A stretch of 64,000 nt of DNA from assembly GCF_964188315.1 (NCBI RefSeq), contig NC_135657.1:806001-870000 (forward strand), written 5' to 3'. The notes beneath the pieces are model-generated. The model saw only the letters and a list, made by a program, of their open reading frames with translations, did no database searches and had not been told where the DNA came from. Every line of letters begins with the position of its first letter. Position 1 is the stretch's first letter. This DNA comes from Podarcis muralis. Taxonomy: Eukaryota. Both the position numbers and the translations under genes were made by a program. Positions 34,938 to 48,195 of this stretch are shown here, one piece after another.

Positions 34938-35014
34938 TATTACTACTATTTACTGGATCCATGGCTCAAGAGGGAAGAGTGGGGGGTCCCTGCCGCTACT
35001 GCAAAGGGGGGTCT

Positions 35015-35146
35015 TGGATAGCTCAGTTGGTTAGAGGGCAGCGCTGACAAGGCCAAGGTTGCAGGTTCAAGCCCCACATGGGACAGCTGCATATTCCTGC
35101 ATGATGATGCTCAGGGTCCCTTCCAGCTCTGCAATTCTGTGGTTCT
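35015..35146 (+). mobile_element. tRNA-derived SINE with a CR1-like tail
   Basis: A-box TAGCTCAGTTGG (35019-35030), B-box GGTTCAAGCCC (35064-35074), then GGTCCCTTCCAGCTCTGCAATTCT. Confidence 0.72.
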
Positions 35147-35556
35147 TTGGCAATGATTTTTCTACACAGCAGCCGCCACCTGGATCAAGAGCTCAGTGAC
35201 ACCAGAAAGCGGGGGCCCCTGTTGCTCCCCCCTTTGTTGCACCAACCATTTCCAGATGAAATGTCCCTTACAGAACAGCAGTGGAACCGACTCCCTTGGG
35301 AGGTGGTGGACTGTCTTTCACAAGAAGTTTTTTAAAGCAGAGGTTGGGTGTGAAATTAAAAAAAATAAGGTCTTATGTATATAATAAAGGTTCATAAATG
35401 TACCAGGCAAACACGTACATAGATATATAGGCCACATGTCTGAAGCTGCGCAGGAGAGCAGCCATGGAGCCATTTTGACTCCCAGGCTGGCCAGGTGTTT
35501 TCTCTGCAAGGTCCAATGGAAGAGCCTCCCCACTGTCTTTTCTTTCGCAAATCCTG

Positions 35557-35973
35557 TCTTAAGGGTATATCTGTGTTTGAATAGGGTGTGACATGGCCCA
35601 GGAACTAAGTATTTATCATTACAAAAGACTAGCCAGGCTCCCCAGGGTATCCAGTCAAGTGAGCATTAACAGGTAACCTGCCAGACAGGAGGTAAACAAT
35701 GCACTCAGATTTCTGCTGTAGACCTCCCTTTCTGTGATGTAGGTATGATGTAACTGGGGGTGGTCTTTGACGCCAAGGTGGGCAGTTTAAAATGTCTATA
35801 TAAGGGTGGGCACACCTGGGTTCTGGGTCCTCCTCCTTTCCTGCGTCTGGGGGGAGTACCCTGTTGCAACAGATCAATAAAGATCAGGCTTACGAGCTGC
35901 TTTGCTTCTCAATATTCTCTGGTTGGCCTCTGTTATTTTCCTCCAACCGATGGAGAACCTACAAAGGATTCTA
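35557..35973 (+). mobile_element. Solo-LTR-like element
   Basis: TATATAA at 35797-35803, then AATAAA at 35876-35881, in U3-R-U5 order; no clear target-site duplication; boundaries uncertain. Confidence 0.45.
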
Positions 35974-36215
35974 CAGTGGTACCTCGGGTTAAGTACTTAA
36001 TTCGTTCCGGAGGTCCGTTCTTAACCTGAAACTGTTCTTAACCTGAAGCACCACTTTAGCTAATGGGACCTCCTGCTGCTGCCGCGCCGCCGGAGCACGA
36101 TTTCTGTTCTCATCCTGAAGCAAAGTTCTTAACCTGAAGCTCTATTTCTGGGTTAGCGGAGTCTGTAACCTGAAGCGTATGTAGCCTGAAGCGTCTGTAA
36201 CCCGAGGTACCACTG
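35974..36215. mobile_element. Tc1/mariner (Tigger-like) MITE, family 1
   Basis: TIR CAGTGGTACCTCGGGTTA / TAACCCGAGGTACCACTG; TA duplication at 35972-73 and 36216-17. Confidence 0.9.
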
Positions 36216-36449
36216 TATTAGGGCTCTTGTGTCCCCCATAAGGGCAGATTTCCGTTTATTCCAGGTGTCCTCCTGGCAGGAATTCGCCCTGCGTGGCAGG
36301 GGGTTGGACTAGATGACCCCTGGGGTCCCTTCCAAGTTCCACGATCCCAAGTTCCCATAAAAGCTACTGCACGGAGCCTTCCCATCTTGAAAACAACTAG
36401 ATCTCTCTCTCTGCCTGCGTGTCTGGTGCCTTTGCATCATCTCCCGAGG

Positions 36450-37197
36450 GTTCCTTGGCGCAGGAAAGTCCCCTCCCTCGGAGAGCGCCACGTCGGAGCC
36501 GCCTGCCGCCCAGAGCGGCTGCCAGGCCCAATGGTCGGAGCGCCTGGCAGGCAGCTCCCGAGGGAGGGCGCCAGGGGCGCGCCTGGCAGCGCCCGCCTCC
36601 CCCGCCACGTGGACCCAGGACGGCCGCCAGCAGCCGGGGATCGGGCGCCGGTCGCTCGTGGGTCCCTCGGTCTGCCTGTCATCCCCACGATCCACGCGTG
36701 GAGAGGAAGATTCCTCGTGTTGCGCGTGGCTCGGGCCGGGGCTGTGCAGCAGCCGGGCAGGGCGAGGAGGAAGAAGGCGGCGGGCGGGCGGTGGCATCTC
36801 CTGGGAAGCTCCACTTCCCCCTCTCCCCGGACCCAGGTCCTCCTTTCCCACGTGCAGAATATTAGGCAGGCAGGCAAGGGGATCTCCCCCCCCCCACGCT
36901 GCAGTGGTACAGTCCATTCTGCCGCGGCCGCGCGCATCCTCGCATCTTGGGGCGTCCCCGGGGGAGGCGCGTGCTTGCGTGTGAACGGGTTCTGTCTGTC
37001 CGCTGTCGGAATCCGTGTTCTGGGTTGTCCCCCGGCTTCCCTGCCCGTGGGAACGCGTCCCCGTGGGCCCTCGCCACCTCCGGCGGCTGGTTGGCAAAGC
37101 CCCGGTGCCCACCGAAGCGACGAAGCGGGCGGCCCGCCGCGTGGGCAGGGCATGAGCGGACGGCGGGTTCCTGTGCCAACCTCTGCACGGTGCCAGG
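36450..37197 (+). promoter_or_regulatory. CGREF1 CpG island, probably promoter plus a non-coding first exon
   Basis: High CpG; an AG acceptor at 37195-37196 just before the ATG implies an upstream exon; GGAAAGTCCC at 36463-36472. Confidence 0.55.
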
Positions 37198-40100
37198 ATG
37201 AAGGAAATGCTTCTGGCCGCGCTGCTCCTCGCGGTGCCAGCCAGCTGGGCGGCCCCAAAGGAGGGCGCTAACAGGTACCAGGTGGGAACCTGGGGGTGGG
37301 GAAGGAGGCACGGTGGGGTTTGAAGATGGGGGGGCTGAGGAGGGGGTCCTTGGTGCCCCCTCCAACAACACCTTCTCTTTGTGCCCTTTAGGTCTGAGCC
37401 CCTCCCCAGTGCCAGGGAGCCCCCCATCCCGAACCCCCTCGACCCAGGGCAGGAGTCTGCCAGGTGAGTTCCTTGCCCATCGCACCCCTTGTCCCCACCT
37501 GGGAGGACGCATTTGGGGGGGGGAAGACTGGCAGAGGGGTAGGCAAGGTCTCTCTGCCTCTGACCCAGTCAAATTCCCACTCCATTGTTACCCTCAAAGG
37601 GCCCCCCAGGCTTGAAGCAGAGGAACAACCCCCATAGAACCATAGAAATATTGAATTGTAGAAATGGAAGGGACCCCAAAGGTCTTCTAGTCCACCCCTC
37701 GCAATACAAGTGGGCAGCTCAGTCCTTGTCCCTCTCCAGGCAAAGAATGGGCCCCCTCCCCTCTACTTCTGCCTCCCCCCCCCCAGCAGTCAGTTTTATT
37801 TTTTAAAAAAACATGATTTTTATTGAGTTTTCCATATTTCATTTCATTTCATTTCACATATCACAGCTTCTATTATTTGCTCAGACAGAGCATCGACCTC
37901 CTTCCCTCCCTCTTTTCTGACTTCCCTATAACATTAACGCATCTTTCGCATTTCCATAATCACTTCTTTGTCTTATATCAACATTTAAGAATCACTCTCT
38001 CATTTGTAAATTAGCATCTTAATTTCAAGTTACCAAACATTTCATGTTAAAGCTACAAACGTTTTCAAATATTTACATTTTTTTTTCAAATAATAAATAA
38101 ATTTGCTCCATTCCTCTTGAAATCTTTCATCGGGTCGATTCCTGATTCTCCCTGTCAACTTCGCCAACTCCACAAATCCTGCCACCTTTATCTGCCAGTC
38201 CTCCAGCGCGGGGAGTTCTTGCTGTTTCCATCTTTGGAGGATTCTTGCTGCCCTTGTGGCGTACATGAACAAATTTACATTTTTATAAACGAATTTCTTC
38301 ACTAATTAACCCCAATAAGAATGCCTCTGGTTTTTTGCTGAAATTATATTTTAATATCTTTTTTAGTTCATTTAGCAGTCAGTTTTCAATGAGGCCTGGT
38401 GCTCACACAAGCCCCCAAACCAGGCATCTAGTAAGGCAGCTTCTGAACACATACAGGTAGTTCATCCCTGGCATATAGTAAGAGGGCCTCTGAGCATGTG
38501 CAGAATGCGCACCCTCCCCAATGAGGAACTGCAGGTGTCCCTCCCCACCCATTCAAGGCGCAGTTTCCCCATCAGGCATTTTGATCCTGAGCAAACAGGA
38601 GCGGCCCAAAATTCTTTGTCTGCAAATGCCTCAGTCTGCCAGTCCCTGGAATGGGCAGATCTTGGCTCCTTCCTGACCGTTGCGCCCGTTGCCCAGGCCC
38701 AGAGGCTCCCTGCTGCCCCCTGCCCTTGCCAAGCCCCACAACCCTCCGCTGCCCCCTGGTTTGCTGACCTGTGGCTTGGCCTGGTGTAGGTTGATACAGG
38801 AGTACCTGAAGAACGTCGGGCAAGAGGATGGCAAGGCCAGCGCCATGAGCAGGAAGCAGGGTAAGTTGCAATGGGATCCCAGGGCCAGGATGGCCTTAGA
38901 TGGCACCTCGGGGCCTGAGTGCCAGGGCCTGGCAGGGCGGGGAGCGTGAGCTGGGGGCGAGGGTAGAAGGCTGGCCCTGAGCGCCCGGGGGGGGGGGGCT
39001 TTCTTCCAAGAGGGGCCTCAGGGAATCCCCTGGGGCAGGTGACTTTATTTGGGTCACTTTATTTGGGTTGGGAACAAGTGTTTTGGGGAAGAAATGGGTA
39101 AAAAAGAACAAATTCTGCTGGAGGAGCTGAGCAAACCTCAGAACAAGCACAGGTGTGTGAGGCAAAAAGCGGGGGGGGGGACAGGACAGCTGGAGCAGCA
39201 GCTGATTTTGACGAGAGGAAAAAAGAAGAATTATAGAACTGTAGAGTTGGAAGGGACCCCGTGGGGTCATCTAGTCCAACCCCCTGCAATGGAGGAGTCA
39301 CAATTCATCACACACACACACACCTGACAGATTACAATCCAAACTCTGCTTGAAAACTTCTGACCCAGGAGTGTCTCCACCCTCTTCCACCCTCAAAGAG
39401 CCCTTGCAGCCAGAAAGTCCTTGCTAAGGTTTAGTCGGAATCTCCTTCCCTGTAATTCGAATTCGGGTGCCGCCCTCCGGAGCAGGATGTAAAGAGAGCG
39501 AGGGGAGGGGAAGCAGGGAGCCTGTCTGTGTATGGCAGGAGAGGGGAAGTCAAACAGGGAAACTACTGTAATGGGAAATAGGTGCTTTGGGTCTTGAAGA
39601 GAGAAGAGGGGGGCCCTGATCAGTTTGCTGGAGGGGGGGAGCCTCTCTCTGAGCCAAACCAGCAACCTCCACACTCCTTTTGAAGTTGTTAATGGAGAAA
39701 TCTGAGGGCTCCCTTGGACAAAAAACAAGGACCCCAGCCAGGAAGACCAGAGCAAAAGAGCAGCCAGTAGGCTTGGTCTTGATTGAAGACTGTGGCGACC
39801 GGACTCCCACCTGCCACAAGGTGGAACAAGATGGAAGCCCAGAACAAAAGAAGACCCCAACTTTTATTAGCTGCTCATCCCCATGTTACCCCCCCCCAAA
39901 CTACATCACAGTTACATCATGAAAGGGGAGGTCTGGTGGCAGGAATCTGAGCATCCTGGACCCTGCCCCATGGTTCCCCTTGCCCTCCACCAAACACCCA
40001 TCAAGTGGAACAGAAGAGACATTTACATTTCCCTGTTTCCCAGCCAAGTCAATCACACCCTTTTGTCCACATCTGGGTTTGTTCTTTCTGGCATGGCTAC

Positions 40101-43100
40101 CTGTCTGGCACTCAGGTGTCAGGATGCCAGGGATTATCCCTCAGGCAGAGGGGCTGCGGAGGAGCTGAGCTCACAGGTCTAGATGAATTTCTGAAGTTGT
40201 CCCAGTGAGCCAGTACAGAGATACATTGATCAGTGAATTCCTACATTTGGTATCATGCAGCAGAGGCCCTTTGAATAGAAAGGAAGAAACTGTGATGAAG
40301 TGTTTTGTGAGGACAAATCACAAAAGTCACAAACGTGATTGTGCTGGTTTTGGTAGTGGGCTGCATGTGCACGATATCTGCTGGAGGGGCAACCCCCCCC
40401 CAACCTAGACATAAATTCCTGCAACAAAGTTAAACCACTCAATAAACAGAAAAAGACCTTCAGGTGACAAGGTGTCACTATTAAAAGCACCTTTTTTAAG
40501 CCATAGCAAGGATGCTGGGAAAGGGGCCTCCTTGCTCCAGAGTCGTGGTCCCCGCAGATGGCCAGTATCCTCCCACTGAAGCACAGCCTGTGATTATGCA
40601 GAGCCTAAAATAAGTCCCTGGCTGCCCACACAGCCCAGCCGGCTTTGCTGTCTTTCCCCAAGGGAGCGAAAGGAAGGGAGGATTTCCTTCGGACACCCAG
40701 AGGAGGGCAGCCAAGATGGTCAAGGGCCTGGAAACCCAGCCAGATGAGGAATGGTTGAGACAGGTGGGGTGTTTAGTCTGGGAAAGAGGAGGCTCAGGGG
40801 AGACAGGAGAGCCATCTTCAAAGATCTCAAGGGCTGAACCATGGAAGATGGAGCGAGCTTGGTTTTTTTGCTGCTCCAGAGGTGAGAACCCAAAAGAATA
40901 GATTGAAATGCTAGAATAACGGCAGATCAAGTTGATGGATTGTGCAGAAATGGCTAAAATGACCAGGAGAATCAGAAATCAGGAAGATCAAAATTTAAAT
41001 AAGGAATGGGGGAAATTTATAACTTATCTTAAAGACCATTGCAAACAGTTAGTTAGTTGGTAGGATTGGAATATCATTTGTAGCTTAATGGTGAATTTTG
41101 GATACAGCCGTCAGGTAAAATATGTGGATTATAATAAAAGTTGCAGGAGGAAATGATTAACAATTGGACCCACAAAGGGGAGGATGGAAGTCCAGGAGTT
41201 TCTTGGAATCTTGTTTTTATGTTGCATGTTGAATATGTGACTGTGAAATTTTAATCTGAAAAACCAAATAAATTTAATTATTATTTTTTTAAAAAGAAAT
41301 GCAAGAAAGGAGATTCCCAGTGAAGCAGCTGCAACATCTGCCCGGCAACTCTGGTCTGAGTGCTGGGGACATCTTGGAAAATAGGGGCCGTGTTGTGGTG
41401 GGGAGGGCTCTGTGGGTCAGTAGGAGAGGTGAGAGGGTGGGTGGGAGTCCCAGGCCGCAGGAAAACCTCAGCCCCAGCGCTGGAGTCACCCCACTGGCTC
41501 TTGCTCTCGGCAGGGGCTCCTGTGCCCTCTGGCTCAGCCCCCCAATATCTCACCCCTCTGTGTTTCCAGCTCTGTTGCTCCTCTTCGCCCTCCATGACTA
41601 CGACAAGAGCGGACGGCTGGACGGTCTGGAGTTCATGAGGCTGCTGAGCGAGATGCCCTCCCAGAAAGACAGTTCTGTGCCGGACTCGGTAGGTGCCGCT
41701 TTTACTCCTTGGCCTTTGGTGTGCCAGGCAGAGGGCGCATCTCTGCCCAGGCTGCAGGGGCTGTGAATCTGAGCGCCTTCCCTGCTGTGGCTGCCTCCGC
41801 CTGCCTGCCATTTCAAAGCTCATCTGCTTTGTTGTTGTTGAGTCGTTTAGTGGTGTCCGCCTTTTGGTGACCCCCTGGACCAGAGCACGCCAGGCCCTCC
41901 TGTCTTCCACTGCCTCCCGCAGTTTGGTCAGACTCATGCTGGTAGCTTCGAGAACACTGTCCCACCATCTCGTCCTCTGTCGTCCCCTTCTCCTTCTGCC
42001 CTCCATCTTTCCCAACATCAGGGTCTTTTCCAGGGAGTCTTCTCTTCTCATGAGGTTGCCAAAATATTGGAGCCTCAGCTTCAGGATCTGTCCATGGAGT
42101 TTTCTTGGCAGGGATCCTGGAGTGGCTTGCCGGTTCCTGCTCCAGGTGGATCACATTTGGTCAAAACTCTCCACTATGACCTGTCCATCTTGGGTGGCCC
42201 TGCACGGCATGGCTCATAGCTTCTCTGAGTTATTGAAGCCCCTTTGCCACGGCAAGGCAGTGATCCATGAAGGGGCTCATCTGCTTAGACATAGGCAAAC
42301 TCGGCCCTCCAGATGTTTTGGGACTGGAACTCCCATCCCTAGCTAACAGGACCAGTGATCAGGGATGATGGGAATTGTAGTCTCCAAACATCTGGAGGGC
42401 CGAGTTTGCCTATGCCTGGCTTAGAATCATAGAATTGTAGAGTTGGAAGGGGACCCCTAGAGTCATCTAGTCCAGCCCCCGCCAGGGCAGGAACCTCAGC
42501 CAAAGCATCCGGGGCAGAGGGCCATCCAACTTCTGCTTTGAGACCTCCAAGGAAGGAAGCTCTCCAGCCCTCCATTTCTGCGTACACTGGACAAGCAGAA
42601 AAGTGTCTGGAGTCCACGGTCAGAGGCAGCTGGGCTTCTGAAGGACCATTGCTGGAGACCACAGAGGGGAAGAGTTCCTCTTGCGCTCAAATCTTGCTTG
42701 CTGGTTTCCCCTTGGGGGATCTGGTCGGCCACTGGGAGGACATGATGCTAGACTAGACGGGCCATTGGCCTCATCCAGCTGCCCTCTCCTCCCAGCCCCC
42801 TCCATGAACTTGTCTAACTCTCTTCTAAAGCCATCCCAGTTGGTGGCTATCTCTGCTCCTTGTGGCAGTGAGTTCCAAAGTTTAATTATACGCTGCATGA
42901 AAAAGTTCCTTTTTAAATCTGTCCTGACTCTTCCAACATTTGGCTTCAATGGACGTTCATGAGCTCCAGTGTGATGAGAGAGGGAGGAAAACTTTTCTCC
43001 AGGCATAATTTTATCAACTTCTGCCCTGGCGCCTCTTCCTTGCCTTCTCTCTAAATTACAGAGTCCCAAATGCTGTATCCTTTCCTCACAAGGCAGTGGC

Positions 43101-43810
43101 TGCATTGCCTCAATCCATTGGTCCTTTCCTGAAACTTCTACAACTCTTTAAGAGAGAAGTGCAAATTCCAGGTGGCTCATCACTGCATGCCAACCCTGAT
43201 GGGCACCTGCCAGCTGCAGAACCAGAGGCGCCTTGCCTGTGCAAGACCTTTTCCTGGGGGTGGGGGGCAGTAGGGCAGAGGCCTTGCAGGGACCCTCATG
43301 TCCTCTTAGTGGGCTTCTGTTCTTACTCATAATTTTCTGGTTTTATTCTCCTTGAGGTTTTATTTTTCCAATCAAGGGGTGGATAAATGTTATGAAATAA
43401 ATGGAAATACCCCCCCCCCTTGACCCCTGCAGGTAGTGCTGATGGTGGACAACATCCTGGCGACCCAGGACCTGAACCACGATGGGCTGCTGGAGCCCTC
43501 AGAGCTGCTTCAGGGGCCCTGGCACAGCCAGACCCCCACCCTCCTCGCTGCCCCCAATGGAGAAGAGGGTGGCGTGCTGCGGGCACCCCCTGGACCTGAC
43601 GGACAAGGCGTCGGCCACCCGGATCCTCTTGGCCAGCAAGGCACTGCTGAGTCCCCAGCTGCCTCAGAGGCGGCTCAGGACCAGGGCGTGATGGAGGCCC
43701 CTTCGCTGAGCCCCCCGGCACAGAATCAGGAGGGGGAACCGGGGCAAGGAGAAGCAGCGGAGGCACCTCAGCCACGGGAGCCTGGGGGGCCTCTCACGCC
43801 AGGAGACTGA
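37198..43810 (+). CDS. CGREF1: Cell growth regulator with EF-hand domain 1, about 238 aa, secreted; join(37198..37274,37392..37463,38790..38860,41570..41688,43433..43810)
   Basis: Signal peptide MKEMLLAALLLAVPASWA-APKEG, IPNPLDPGQE, LFALHDYDKSGRLDGLE (EF-hand 1), QDLNHDGLLEPSEL (EF-hand 2), low-complexity tail. Five exons sum to 717 nt. Synteny fits. Confidence 0.92.
37800..38365 (-). mobile_element. L1-like LINE ORF2 C-terminus and 3' UTR
   Basis: LFMYATRAARILQRWKQQELPALEDWQIKVAGFVELAKLTGRIRN...WSKFIYYLK; AT-rich. Similar tails at about 40925-41290 (+) and 2400-2750 (+). Confidence 0.68.
41827..42280 (-). mobile_element. BovB LINE 3' fragment with internal deletion
   Basis: [32 protein letters not shown]...; (AAC)n tail. 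Confidence 0.85.
42286..42418. mobile_element. Palindromic hAT-type MITE
   Basis: CATAGGCAAACTCGGCCCTCCAGATGTTT is exactly inverted at the other end. Confidence 0.75.
42780..43130 (-). mobile_element. CR1-like LINE 3' fragment
   Basis: [14 protein letters not shown]...FRRELDKFME. Confidence 0.7.
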
Positions 43811-44219
43811 AACCCCCCCCCCCCCGAGAGAAAGGGGGGGCCAGTGGAGGAGGACTGAAAAGCAGAGGCTGCGCAGGGTGGCAAAGTTGATGCCCGGCCA
43901 CCCGTCACCTAAAACCACTGTTGGAAGGGGCACCACCGAGGGTCAACCTCTGGCAGCGCAGGAATCACAACTAAAGACTCCTTGGCAGATGGACGTCCAC
44001 TTTCTGCTTAAAAATCTCCTCCAAGGAAGGAGAGTCCATCGCCTTCGGAGAGAGTCTCTTCCACTGTTGAGCAGTTTTTACTGACATAAAGTTCTTCCTG
44101 TTGTTTTTGTCAGAAATACATTTATTGCCATTTGAATCCATGGGTTCGAGTCCTCCCCTCCAGAGAAGCAGAAAGCAAGCTTGTTCTCTCTCCCACTTGA
44201 CAGCCGTTAAAATATTTGA

Positions 44220-44510
44220 GGGATGCGGGTGGCGCTGTGGGTTAAAGCACAGAGCCTAGGACTTGCCGATCCTGCCAACCTAGCAGTTTGAAAGCACGTC
44301 AAAGTGCAAGTAGATAAATAGGTACCACTCCGGCGGGAAGGTAAATGGAATTTCCGTGTGCTGCTCTGGTTCGCCAGAAGCGGCTTAGTCATGCTGGCCA
44401 CATGACCCAGAAGTTGTACGCCGGCTCCCTCGGCCAGTAAAGCGAGATGAGCGCCGCAACCCCAGAGTCGTCCGCGACTGGACCTAATGGTCAGGGGTCC
44501 CTTTACCTTT
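44220..44510 (+). mobile_element. Sauria SINE with an internal deletion
   Basis: Head joins directly to CCTGCCAACCTAGC, lacking the B-box segment; typical tail. Confidence 0.85.
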
Positions 44511-45010
44511 CAGATAGTTGAAGATGGCTCTCCTATCTCCTCTCAGTCTCCTCTTTTCCAGGTTAAACATAACCCAGTTCCATCAACTGCTCCTCATCAG
44601 GCTCAGTTTCCAGACCCTTGATCATTTTGGTTGCCCTCCTCTGCCCACCTCCCAGCTTGTCAATATCCTTCTCAAATTGTGGTGCCCAGAATTGGACACA
44701 GGATCCTAGCTGGGGGGCCTGACCAAGGCAGAATCGAGTGGGACTATTCCTTCATTTGACTTGCATACTAGACTTCTCTTGATGCAGCCTAGAATAGCAT
44801 TAGCTTTTTTTGCTGCTGCATCACACGGTTGTCTCCTGCCACACGTACTTTTCTCATGTTCTACTCGTAAGTCAGCTGTCCCCCATCCTATATTTGTGCA
44901 CCTGGTTCTTCCTGCCTAAGAGCAGAACCTGACTTTTGTTCTTGTTGTAATTCATATTATAATTTTGGCCCAGTTCTCCAATCTGTTAAGGTCATTTTGA
45001 ATTGGGATTC
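44511..45010 (-). mobile_element. CR1 LINE fragment
   Basis: Reverse complement of the RT segment seen at 6950-7300. Confidence 0.75.
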
Positions 45011-45570
45011 TGGCATTAGCTACCTGGTGCCCCCTTGCCATGCAATGCCCCACAAGATCAAATGACCCACCAGCAGTTCTTCGCAGGACCTGGTGCCCCC
45101 CTCCTCAGCTCTCTCGATTTATGCAATCTCTTCTCCAGCCCAGCAGGACAGAGCTCCCTCCCTCCCCCTTTGCTGTGGGTCACCTTTGGGGGAAAACGGT
45201 CCTGAGTGCTGCTGCAGAAGAGAGGACCCCCCCCCCCCCCGCATTGCTCCATCCTTTCTGCCTTGGCCTCCCTCTTCTGCAACCCCTACAGCCTGTGCTT
45301 CTCCCTCCAGTGGGATACTGTGATTGGAGTGTCAGATTATGACCCGGGTTCAAATCCCCCCTCAGCCATGAAGCCAACTGGCCCCGACTCTTAGCCTAAT
45401 TTACTTTACAGGGATTAATTGAGGGGGAGACCCATGCATGCCACCCAGAGCTCAGAATATAAATGCAAGAGGTAAATAAAATATCTGGGGCAGGCCAGCC
45501 CTTTCCATCCTGCCCCCCACCCTAGCCCACACAGGTAGGGCTTCCACACAGAGGCCACTGGTCCAAGCGT

Positions 45571-45576
45571 TTTATT
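45571..45576 (-). terminator. Probable KHK polyadenylation signal
   Basis: AATAAA on the minus strand about 275 nt after the stop. Confidence 0.65.
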
Positions 45577-45606
45577 GATCAGCCTTTGCAAAGAGGCAAC
45601 GTGGGC

Positions 45607-45609
<3 letters not shown>

Positions 45610-45652
<43 letters not shown>
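45610..45652. repeat. (CT)n microsatellite in the KHK 3' UTR
   Basis: About 21 dinucleotide units between the stop codon and AATAAA. Confidence 0.9.
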
Positions 45653-45655
<3 letters not shown>

Positions 45656-45851
45656 GATCCAGGCCCAGCCGGGACACACAGGGCGGCCCGGGCAGAGCAG
45701 AGAACGGGCTTTGGCTGCCCAGCCCCTCCGGACCTTTCAGAGAAGCAGCACGCTTGTTCCTCGCTGAGTCAGGGGGGGTTGTGTGATTTTGGCCCACGGC
45801 TTGATGAAGGTCCCCAGAAAAGATGGGCAGACGTGGCTTGCCGCTTGCAGC

Positions 45852-48156
45852 TCACACGATCCCATCGTAGCCGTGCACACCACACTTCCGGCCGGCCACC
45901 TGGCACCCGTAGGTGATTGCCTCGGCCAGGGGTCTCCCTGGAGGGGGGGGGGAGAGAGGGGTCAGTTGAGCTCTGAGGCAGAGAGGTGCCCCGGGGTTCA
46001 GGCGGCAAGAACTCTCCCCACCACGACCCCTCACCCCAGGCTCCATTTAGGGGCGGGCAGAATTCAGGGCTTGCAAGATTTACTTCTTTTTCTGCTAAGA
46101 AGCCAAAGATCCACCAAGCGCAAAGTTGTGGTCAGAGGAGGGAGGGGGAACAGCAAAGAACGAAGGGACATGCTCTGTCCATGCTCAGCTGCCCCAGGAA
46201 TTTGGGATGCCAGAACTGAACTCACAGTCCCAGAGTCATAGAATTAAAGAGGGGTTCTCTAGGCCAACCTGCTGCAAGGCAGGAACCATGGGGCAGCCCT
46301 TCAGATAGTTGAAGATGGCTCTCCTATCTCCTCTCAGTCTCCTCTTTTCCAGACTAAACATACCCAGCTCCTTCAACCATTCTTAATAAGGCTTTGTTTC
46401 CAGACCTTGCATCATCTTGGTCTCCCTCCTCTGCCCACCTCCCAGCTTGTCAACATCCTTCCTAAATTGTGGTGCCCAGAACTGGACACGATATTCCAGA
46501 ATCGAGTGGGACTCTGATTTCCCCTGATCTGGACCCTCGACTTCTGCAGATGCAGCCTGGAATGGCACTGGTCTTTTTTGCTGCTGCATCACCTTCTGGG
46601 CTCGGGTTCAGCTTGGGGTCCACCAAGACCCCCAGATCCTTTCCCCGTGGGCTTTCCTTGTGCAGAGGTGTAGCGCAAAGGGAAGGATCTGCACCCGTGG
46701 CTCTAAGGCCAGGGGCTCCGGGGCCCCGAGTCTGGGTTCTGCTGGGCCCATCCCGCGGGGCAGCAGATGGAAGGATCAGCCCCCACCTCCGCCCCTCCCA
46801 CCCCACCTGACTTACTCCTTTCTTGTCACTGAAGCCATGGGTTCGAGTCCTACCCTCCAGAGCAGGAGAAAACAAGTTTGCACCATCTTCCATGTGACAG
46901 CCCTTGAGATATTTGAAGATGGCTCTCCTCTCTCCGTCTCCTCTTTTCCAGGCCAAACATACCCAACTCCAACTGTTCCTCATCAGGCTTGGTTTCCACA
47001 CCTCTGCCCACCTTCCAGCTTGCCAACATCCTTCTTAAATTGTGGCACCCAGAATTGGGCACAGGACTCTGACCAAGGCAGAACAGTGGGACTATCACTG
47101 GTGCCAACTCCAGGGGGCTCTGGGCACCTACAATTTTCTTGTGGGTGCTCAGCGCCCGCATGGCAGGGCCTCCATGATGTCTGGGGCCTCGCAGGGCCTT
47201 GGAAGTCCTCTGGGGCTCCCAAGCGCTGCGTCATGACGTCACGACGTCATGTTATGTTGCGCATGTCGCTGGGCACCCATAATCTGGGGTCCAAGTTGGT
47301 GCCACTGGGTACTATGAATTCCCTTGATCTGGGCACTAGATCTGCTGAGATTAGCATCTGCTTTTCTTGCTGCTGCCTCACACGGTTCATAGAATCATAG
47401 AATTGTAAGTGGGGACCCTGAAGGCCATCTAGTCCCACCCCCTGCAATGCAAGAGACTCATTTCCTTCCCCAACTCCGGTCCTGGTCTCCCCACACCAAA
47501 AAACCCCCTTCCTTCTTTGCAGAGCGCAAGTTTGGGCAATCTTCTTTGTTGCTCCTACAGTTAAAACTGACAGAAAGTCCGAAGCGATGGTGATCTACTG
47601 CAGACCCCCAGAGATCTCTCCGTAGATCCTGTGTCTGATGAGCTTGTTGCAGAACAGATCACAAAGGGGAGATATGGACATGCAGGCGACAGGGAGGAGG
47701 CGAGAAGCCCCCGCGACTCACCCCTGCTGAGGGCCAGGATCACGGCCGCGTTGAAGGTGTCCCCAGCACCCAAGGTGTCCACCACCACCTCGGGGGAGAA
47801 GGCGTCCGAGTGAACCAGCACCCCGTCCGGCCCCATGGCGTCGGCCCCCTCCTCAGCCCAGGCACAGACCAGGGTGGCTCTGGGAGGAGAAAGAGGAAGG
47901 AGCCTTTAGCCTTGGGACAGAGACCCCGCAGGTGCCGGGATGGGGGCAGCCAGAAAATGGGGGCACCCCAAAACACCCTCCCCACCTCCAAAAGGCCTGG
48001 TTCTTTCTCCCAAGGGAGCTGGGCTCAACAGGGCCTGTTTGGTTCAACCCAGGGAGAGGGAGCTTTGGGGAGGGGTCCGCCCGGTCCCAACAGCCAGGAT
48101 GATGACGTCCCATCCTGCAGACCAGCTTCACAGGTCATTTTAGCAAGAAGAATTGC

Positions 48157-48195
<39 letters not shown>

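Noticed and set aside
33788-35047. 419-aa repetitive ORF
   Set aside because: Translation of the ABHD1 intron 1 tandem repeat and the antisense of exon 1.
35015-35090. Possible tRNA gene
   Set aside because: A- and B-boxes present but no complete cloverleaf, and it continues into a CR1-like tail; called a SINE.
36309-37572. Overlapping 270-370 aa ORFs on both strands
   Set aside because: Stop-poor GC-rich CpG island; Arg/Gly/Pro low complexity; no recognisable domain. Only the CGREF1 exons are supported.
39680-40490. Short ORFs in a CGREF1 intron that look coding
   Set aside because: No recognisable homology and no consistent splice-site pair.
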